DNA of 64,000 nucleotides, taken from assembly GCA_021613535.1 (NCBI GenBank), contig CP075497.1, positions 8,990,001-9,054,000 on the forward strand. Direction: 5' to 3'. A program made the position numbers and the translations under genes. Positions 55,701 through 64,000 of this stretch are shown here, piece after piece (the first letter of the stretch is position 1; each line of letters begins with the position of its first letter). The notes under the pieces were generated by a model that searched no databases, was not told the DNA's origin, and saw only the letters and a list, made by a program, of their open reading frames with translations. This DNA comes from Adineta vaga (lineage: Eukaryota > Animalia > Rotifera).

Positions 55701-57367
55701 TTAATTCTATTAAATACTCAAAAACAAGAAGAAAATGTGAAATTATTATTTGATTTATCATTAGCTAAAGCTGAATATGAAAAAGAACAACAAATACGTA
55801 TGCAACTTGAAAAACAATTAGCCGAAACAAATACAATTATTGATGAAGTAAATAATAACAAGAAAAGAAAGGACTAATGTCCTTGAAAAATTCTAGAATC
55901 ATTTGTAGATATTTGATATATGATGAGGGTGAGAGGAATTTAATTGATATAGCTGCTCTAGTTGTTTATGATTGCTCAATGAAAATGATTTCAAATATTA
56001 AATTAACTTGATTATTATTTTAAATTTCTCTTTTAGCTGTCGAATTTGAAAAGTAAAACCGACAAAAATGATTCTGATTTTCGTGATATGAAATCTCATT
56101 ATGATAATTTATTTGCTGAACAAGTGAATAATATTAAAAAGCTCGTTAAAGAACGTGAATTATTACATTTATATATTAAACGATTAGAAGCAGAAAATGC
56201 TTCACTTGCATCTATCACTAATGAAAATGAAACTGTAAAATTATTAACTAATTCATCTCAAGCACCAACAACACTCGACGTAATTTTTCATTAACAAAAA
56301 ATCTTTCCTTATTATCGATCTGTTTTTCTAGGAAGCTTGGAATTTAATTGTTAAATTACGTGAACAAATCATTCAACAATTAAAAATTAAAGATAAATTA
56401 AAAAATGATATTTATCAATTGCATAACAATCACAAAGCTGACATTCATGAACGAGAACAAATTGAACATTTACTCAATCGAGATTTAAATACTGCCAAAG
56501 ATGAAATCAGTAATTATTTTTATTCAAAATAATTTGTATTTTGTTTTTGTTATTTTAGTTGTTTTACAAAGTTTACAAACGGAATACGAACGTGTAATGA
56601 GTTTGAAAAAAGATTTGGAAAAACAATTAGATGAACGTGCTAATGAATTGAAAACAACAAAAACCGTAGCAAATTCGTTTACAAATCAATTGAAAGAAAA
56701 ACTCGAACAAATTACAAATGCAAAGGTAATGTAAAGATTATTATTTCGAAGAAAAATGTTTGATCAGTCATTTCCTAGGCACATGTTGATGAAGAAAATG
56801 CAGCATTACGTGTTCAAATGCAGAAATTAAAGATTGATTTAGAAAATAATGAATTAGTCCAACATGATTTTGTTAAACTTTCCCAATCGCTTCAAGTATG
56901 TTAGTAAGTTAGAGATAACTTATTTTGAATTAGAAAGATTTTTTAAATTAAATATCAATTCTTCTCTCTCGCGTATCAAAAGGTACAATTAGAAGATATT
57001 CGAAATTCTGAACATCAATTACGTTGGCAACCTGAAGAAGATTATCCTGAATGTCAACGTTGTCATTCACAATTTTCCGTCACTTGGCGGAAACATCATT
57101 GTCGTAAGTTCGTCTATGTATTTTCACATCATAATTCATTCTTCTCTCTTTTTTTTCTATTAAGGTCATTGTGGTAAGTCATGAAATTTCAATCGTTTCT
57201 TTTCTTAATTTGATTTATGAATAGGTAAAGTCCTTTGTAAAGATTGTACTAATAAAACTGTTTATACTGGTCCAAATAATCGCCCATCTCGTGTATGTGA
57301 TGTTTGTTATACGTTACTTGTCAAAGATTCTCAACCCTATTTTCATTCATCAGTACCCGATATCTGA
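52723..57367 (+). CDS. RABEP1: Rabaptin-5-like Rab5 effector with C-terminal FYVE domain; many exons
   Basis: [10 protein letters not shown]...[12 protein letters not shown], long coiled coils, Rab5-binding [36 protein letters not shown]...[16 protein letters not shown]...RVCDVC. Confidence 0.88.
53666..54575 (-). CDS. CLN6: CLN6 homologue, nested antisense in a Rabaptin-5 intron; 2 exons
   Basis: [78 protein letters not shown]. Confidence 0.95.
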
Positions 57368-57620
57368 TTTTTACTCTTTTTCAATTCGACGACAAGCATT
57401 TGCTTACTCTCTCTCTCTATTGTTTGTGTTGTCTACCTAGTCGTCATATTTATTTATTCAGTTGTCTTCTTCTTCTTCTTCTTTTTTTTCATTCCGTTTT
57501 CATTCGAAATCTATCTGGTGATTGTATGTTCAACGTTGTATTTCTCTTTATTTTTTTTTGTTTGCTCATATAAAAGAATAAAAAGACAGAAAATTTAAGA
57601 AAGAAACATAGATATAGCTT

Positions 57621-58672
57621 TTATAACTTTGAAGTTGTAGCAATGCCTTCCTCACGACTTTTCTTTTCAACTGAACGAGAATAACTTTGTACAGTATCAC
57701 GATCAAGAAGTTGAGGTTTATGAAGCCAATGACCGCCATCATTTATCAAAATACTTCCAGTTATATTTTGACCGGCTGTTGAGCAAAGATAAAGAACAGA
57801 CATTCCGATATCCCATTTCGTGCCGATTCGTTTTAATGGAATTGATTCAAGTAAAGGATTATCAGGATTATTCGCATCCATCAAAGCTCCACCTAATTTA
57901 GAAAAGCCAGCGGTATCTGCAATAGGTCCTGGTGCAATACCATTGACACGAATACCAAATTCACCCCATTCTAAAGCTAATGATCGTGTCAAGGCATCAA
58001 TTGCTGCTTTAGCTGCACAAACATGCGATTGATACCACATTGCAGCATAATGAAAAGTTGCACTGATATTAATTATATTTGGATTTGAACTTTTACGAAG
58101 CTAAGAGAAAATAAAACAAAGAAACTTAGAGACTGAGAAATAGAGAATGATTTACTTCAGCGAAAGCTGCATGACACATGTTAAATGTACCTTGTATATC
58201 AATATCAAGAACTGTTTTAAAACCTTTTGGCGAAAGATTTTCTGCTGCACAGAGAAAACTACAAATATGTTAATGAAAAATAAATTCCCACTATTTTCTT
58301 CAATTTAACTCACTTTCCTGCTGCACCATTGATTAAAACATCTAATCGACCATATTTTTCCACAGCTGATTGCACAGCTCGTTTACCATCTTCTGGGATT
58401 CGAACATCGCCTTGAACACCTGTTGCTCGAATACCTTCCTCACCTAACATTTTCTCTGCTAATTGAAGCATTTCTACTCGTCGTCCCATCATGACTACAC
58501 TACATCCATGTTTTCCTAACTGTCGACATATTTCTAGTCCGATTCCACTTGAACCTCCAGTAACAAGTGCAACTTGTTTTTCCAAAATATTTGGTTTAAA
58601 TGGTGACTCAGTTGACATTGTTCTTAGAGAGAAAATCTTTCTTGATAGATCACTTAACGATCTAGAAAACAT
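57621..58672 (-). CDS. DECR2: Peroxisomal 2,4-dienoyl-CoA reductase (SDR); 3 exons
   Basis: VTGGSSGIG, INGAAGNFL..AENLSPKGFKTVLDID, WYQSHVCAAKAAIDALTRSLALEWG, VNGIAPGPI; ends SKL* (PTS1). Confidence 0.92.
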
Positions 58673-58719
58673 CTAGAAAAATATCGTGTTTATTTACTTT
58701 GAATAATCAATTCATCATT

Positions 58720-60272
58720 TTATTTCGATTGTCCATTACGTATACAACCGGGACATGTAAAGATAGTACCATGTATAAAAAGATCACATTCGAAACAAAA
58801 AAAACTTTTACAATTCGTACATTGATAGATTGTCTTATGTTTCTGTTCATCAAACATCTGTTGACAACCAAAACATTTTTCATTGATCGATTTTTCCATT
58901 GTTAATTCAATAAATTGTTCAATTGGAAATAAGAAATGATACGAACGTGCTAAATGTGGTGCTGATACCAATGTTAAATGGCATACACTACATTCAGTCG
59001 GTAATTCACAATATTTACTTTCACATGTTGGACAAAAATAACCACCAATTGAAAAACCATTCGTACCACCACGTTGTTCAAGATGACACATACACATCGA
59101 AGCTTTCTCATGTTTAGCACTTGCTGTTGTTGATGTTAGGTTGGCATTCGATGTTGTATATGTTCGATATTTTGGAAAACCCATTCGTACAAGTGAAGAT
59201 TCAAATTTATCTAATGCTGGCAATGGTCGAGAATGAATTTGTAATAATTCTTGAAAATGAGTAGAATCAGTGATAACATGAAATAGACCTTTAAACAAAT
59301 AAGATATATATATATATTTTTTTTTTTTGAGAGAGAGAGAGAAATAACAATACGAAGATTATTCATTACCTTTAGTATCAGTACATAATTTTCGAAAGAT
59401 GCGAACTTCAGCGGATAAACTAATCACCGAACAACGAATCTCGTTCTCTTTACAAGTCTAAAAAAACGAAATTTGATGAAATGTATTTCTTGTATAATAA
59501 TTATTACTTTAATCGTTTGTATAATATTTCCAGGATCACATGTTGCTAAACAACCGAGAACGAATAACATTTCACGACTAGAATATTTTGGCATATGTCT
59601 ATAAAAGAAAATATGATTTGTCTTCGAAATGGTTTTTCAATAATGTTCGACTTTAATGTTTGTAATCCTATTTCAAGTGCATTTTGAATGGAAGCTTCGC
59701 CTTCACATTCTTGATATTTTAATTGTTCAAGTAAAGCAACATGTGAACGTGGATTACCGGCTAATTCACTAATTTTTTCTACACGTTTTTTTCGTGTGAT
59801 TATAATACCGATTTGTGAGATTGGATTTGAGTCAAAGTAGAGAAAAATAAATTCTTTTAAAAGCTAAAATGACATGTGATAATTGCAGAAACGATGAAAT
59901 TATAACAAACTTCAATGGCACAAAATAGACGATTTGGACGAAGATCTTGATCTTTCATTGCATCTGACAGATCTAAAACTAAATACAGATGACGCATCTA
60001 AATAAAAATAAAATTTAAGTTTAGATTCTATGAAATTGAAAAAAATCAAACCATGCCAAGGCGAACATTGGGTAATTGTGCCAATTCTTTCCGTCGATTT
60101 TTCTGATTGATCGCATTAACTGTAGCTGTGATTGAACCACTTTCATCTTCTTGAATAACTTCCCTAAATTAGATGAAACATAATTTCTATCATATAGTCT
60201 AATGAATATTCAAATTTACCAAGTTCTCTCATATCCTGATTCCCAACGATATTGATCGTCATTTTCATCCAT
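58720..60272 (-). CDS. GTF2H2: TFIIH subunit p44 (Ssl1)
   Basis: YRWESGYERTW, RLGMMRHLYLVLD, NPISQIGII, EASIQNAL, LATCDPGNI, LVRMGFP, GYFCPTC..KYCELPTECSVC.LTLVSAPHLARSYH, C-terminal RING-like CPGC. Confidence 0.96.
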
Positions 60273-61421
60273 TTTCAATTTACAAATATATCTGAAATTT
60301 AACCTATACTAGATAAAAATACCTGAAAGTATATATCATACATTCTTTATTTAGAAGACGAGAGTATATTAGTAGATAGCTTACAATCCATAAATCACCT
60401 GAAACAGTCGAAAGCACGTATACAATTGTCAAACAACTAGTGTCGCTGGTAGACGGTTATAGACAAAATTTGAATATAGGAACTAAATAAACTGGTGAAA
60501 CAAATTTCAATAATCGATTTCACTTTATTCATAACATTGTATTTTTAGAAAGCTTAGTAAATCTAAATATTTCTACGCATTAGTTGTTTCCATCATGCAT
60601 GAAAAAGAGAGAGAATAAAATATTATCCCTTCTTCTATCCAATAATTTAATCGTTCATAAACAAAAACACAATGTTCTTATAGAGTTGCTAGAATATCAA
60701 ACTATACAGTTCCAAAACAATCCAGCAAGATCATCAATAACAAGACAAATCTGTACGATTTGATAATTAACAATAATTCTTAAATTGAAATAATTAGTTT
60801 ATATTAGGTGCAAAAACAACATTCCATTCTTAGAATATATTATATCAATGTCACTAATGAAAACATGCTGACATTGAAAAACAACTTGAAAGAAGGATAT
60901 AAATATATATTTTCCCACATTATTAGTTTAAATTTATATTCACAGCATTATGTTTCTTCTTCTCTTTAATCTCTCGTCAATACAAATCGAAAGACAAAGA
61001 CTGACTAAAAACATACATTCAGAGTGGCGACCTCATCTCGAACAAAGCTCGATAGCTGTATATCTGATTGGTCATGATTGTGCCGCGAACAAACAAAGAT
61101 CAGTTGTTCATAGAGAAGACAAAGCATTCAGTCGTTCGTTGAATGACCGTTTGTTCGTTCTTCTCTTTCTTTCGACACTTTTGTTCGAGCAAACGAACGC
61201 ACATTGTTTCGTTCTTGCCGTGATTGAAAAAAATTGTTTTTTTTCTTCATTTAGATTAACTTTTATGATAATTATATATTAAATTCGTTTAACTATGCTC
61301 GCCCATTTATCAAATACAAGTCCTTATGTTTGGTTCGTAAAATTCCATTGTTTTCTCATTTTATTTATCAGTTGTCTATTCTAGTGATTTAAATCGAGGA
61401 CCCATCGAACCAGCCAACCGT

Positions 61422-64000
61422 ATGGCTTCTGCACCGACAAAAAAAGCAACTGCTTTCCTTGAACACAAGGAAAGTTTTCCAAAAGTAAGTGTTGATGTGT
61501 AAGAACTATTATATAATGATCTTTTTTATTCATTATCTCTAGCAAACTCGTACACCACTTAAACTTCTTGCTCCAGATGAAATTCCAATGGATACGACAA
61601 CTACAACAACTGATATCAATGCAAGCCTTCAACCGATCTGGTATACTGAACAAACCATTGTCGATGATCATTATGGACAACAAGAAGATATTGTTTCAAT
61701 TATTCAAGAACAACAACAACAAGGTAAATCAATTCTTCCACGAACAACATTACCACCAATTCAAAGTGAAAGTCCAACTATTGATGAAGAAATAGAAGAA
61801 CTTCCAAATCAACCATCATTGATGCACAAATCATCAACATTTACTATCGAACCATTCATAGAAGTTGATTCACCGTTGAATGATTCTGAAAAGGAGAATG
61901 CCATTATCGAAAGTGCAGCAGATGTAGTTATTCCACCGTCGGATGATTCATTTCGTGCACTGGAACATCTGTTAGGTCTTGGTTCAGGAACAACTGTTCG
62001 CGAATCACCAAAAACCAATCATGATACACTTTCTTTAACTGTTGTTACACCAACAGATATTATCAACTCAACACGAAGATCTTCTCGTTTAAGTTTCGCA
62101 CAAAAAAGTGGTGCTGACAGTTTACCATCATCACAAGATATTCCGGCAATGCCAACAATTGAAAGTATTACATCAACAAATCCACCATCATTTCTTATGG
62201 AAAATACAACAATGGAAGACGAACAACCATCAACTTCGATGACAACAAATCAACAAACTACATTTGATCTTACGGATAATGATACAATTAAAGATGATAG
62301 TATCAATGATGATGAAACAAATTTTTCATTTGAATTGAACGATTTTCCAAATAATTCAAACGATGAACCGAAGGTTGTTAATGATCTTGCTCCACCACAA
62401 CCTATGATTACAATTCGTGCGCCAACGTGTGCTGATGTTGCTTATCGTGCTTTGATTAAGCCAAGAACTGGTGGTCGAGTTTCTCAACCAGTTAAAGCTG
62501 ATTCACCATTAGCAAAATCAAGTAAAGCATTTTAATTTGTTTTATTCTAACTATTGAATATTGTTTTATTTTTAAGATAAAGGTCGTTCTTCAGCTCCAA
62601 CATCACGTGCACTTCGTTCAAGTGCCCAACCCATGGCTGTTAATTCTCCAGTAAAAGATTCAACTGTACCAGGTATGCAGCTTGTCAATGTAGTTTCCTT
62701 CTGAAACGAAAGTTTTTCTCTTTAGAACAAACAACAACAACAAACACGGAACTCGTTGAAATTGTTAGTGTACCTGAAGAAGATGAAATGGAACACGAAA
62801 AAACTAGTTCAGTTACTCTCAATATAACTTCATCAAAAGAATCTGAAGACATTGATCAAAATGTATCAACTCAACCGGAACAACTTATTACACCACCAAA
62901 ACAAATAGCACCAGTCTTATCACGTGAATATACATACAATACTCCAAAACGTCGTTCATCTCAACGTCGTCGTTCGACAATGAATTCTTTTTATGCTACA
63001 CCAGTTCAACAAGAGCAACCAGAAACTATTCACGAAGAAGAACTTCATTCACCATCTGTGGCATCAAATTCTATGCTCAAAATTTTGATGACTAAAGCGA
63101 CTGATGTCGTACCAAAAGTAACACGAAAAAGTTCAATTGCACCGTCACCAGCACGAACTTCAACGCCAATTACTACTAATGAAGAATTAATTAATTCACC
63201 ATCAATTGCTTCTAAATCAATGTTAGAAGTCCTTTTAACAAAACCAACAGAAGCTAAACCGAGAGGTTCACGAAGAAGTGCAAGTGCATCTTCACCTATT
63301 CGACCTTCAAAACGAACTACTATGAATCAACAAGCAATAAACTCACCATCAATTGCTTCGAAATCAATGTTGGATGTTTTGTTAACAAAACCAACCAAGG
63401 AAGCAACACCCACTCGAGCTTCTAAACGAAACACAACTGTGAATGAAATAATAGATTCACCAACAGTTGCTTCGAAATCAATGTTAGAAGTCCTTTTAAC
63501 AAAACCAACTGAAGCTAAACCGAGAAGTTCACGACGAAGCGCAAGTGTATCCTCACCTATTCGACCTTCGAAACGGAATACAATCAGTCAACAAACAAAC
63601 AATTCATCATCAATTGCATCGCAATCAATGTTAGGAATTCTACTAACAAATCCAACAGACAACAATACTAGTTTGACACCCGAAATATCCATTGCACCAT
63701 CACCTGTTCGAAATTCAACACGCAAAAGTCGACGTTCATCATCAAATCCAACACCACAAACAAGCATTAATCCACTTCATTCGTCAACACCATCGGCATC
63801 AAGACTTAAATCAATCCAAATGGTTTCCATTGGAGAACAAGAACAGGTTACAACAACCGCTCCACAACAAATCAATATTGAAATTCATCGAGAAGAAGCT
63901 GATATCGAAATGGTTCCACTTAATGATACTACCGTTAGTATCCAACAACCATCTACTATTGAAATAGGTGTACAAACAACTCCAAGTCTTGACAAATCTG
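61422..64000 (+). CDS. Large low-complexity S/T/P/E-rich protein with internal repeats; 3' end outside window
   Basis: In-frame exons ~61422-61484, 61543-62521, 62577-62672 and 62726 to window end (open frame). An upstream start near 61295 is possible. Confidence 0.75.
63049..63660 (+). repeat. Coding tandem repeat, five units starting at 63049, 63196, 63343, 63457 and 63604
   Basis: Core SP(S/T)(I/V)ASKSML(E/D)VLLTKPT; spacings 147, 147, 114 and 147 nt, all multiples of 3. Confidence 0.9.

Noticed and set aside
63049-63660. Regularly spaced repeats as a possible CRISPR array
   Set aside because: The context is eukaryotic, and the repeats are in-frame, codon-degenerate and part of an open exon.

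Overview
A gene-dense, very AT-rich eukaryotic (animal) genomic segment with many short (~50-65 nt) GT-AG introns. That architecture, plus an intron-containing bacterial-type polysaccharide lyase, fits a bdelloid rotifer or similar compact-genome spiralian (inference, not verified). About 30 protein-coding genes can be assembled by hand: DGK (5'-truncated), a divergent nAChR-like channel, a PL14-like lyase (HGT candidate), V-ATPase B, eIF1, SAE1, NAA25, SNX3, PGAP2, RPUSD2, an SRCR protein, RagA/B, TMEM179-like, EDC4-like, SLC25A44, an LCCH3/GABA-A beta-like subunit, a BTB-Kelch protein, RPS24, a GT10 fucosyltransferase, a long-tailed tetraspanin, an Hrs-like protein, Rabaptin-5-FYVE with CLN6 nested antisense in an intron, DECR2, GTF2H2, several orphans and a 3'-truncated repeat-containing S/T/P-rich gene. 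No rRNA, tRNA, CRISPR or intact transposon was recognised. The strongest candidate for an undescribed system is operon-like organisation. Two co-directional gene pairs are separated by only 46-47 nt, holding the upstream AATAAA followed by an unpaired splice acceptor just before the next ATG, which suggests polycistronic transcription resolved by spliced-leader trans-splicing. Other highlights are a 9-nt microexon inside the Rabaptin FYVE motif, tandem acceptors that may switch DECR2 targeting, and the conserved poor-context eIF1 start codon. Exon boundaries were read by eye and may be off by a few bases.
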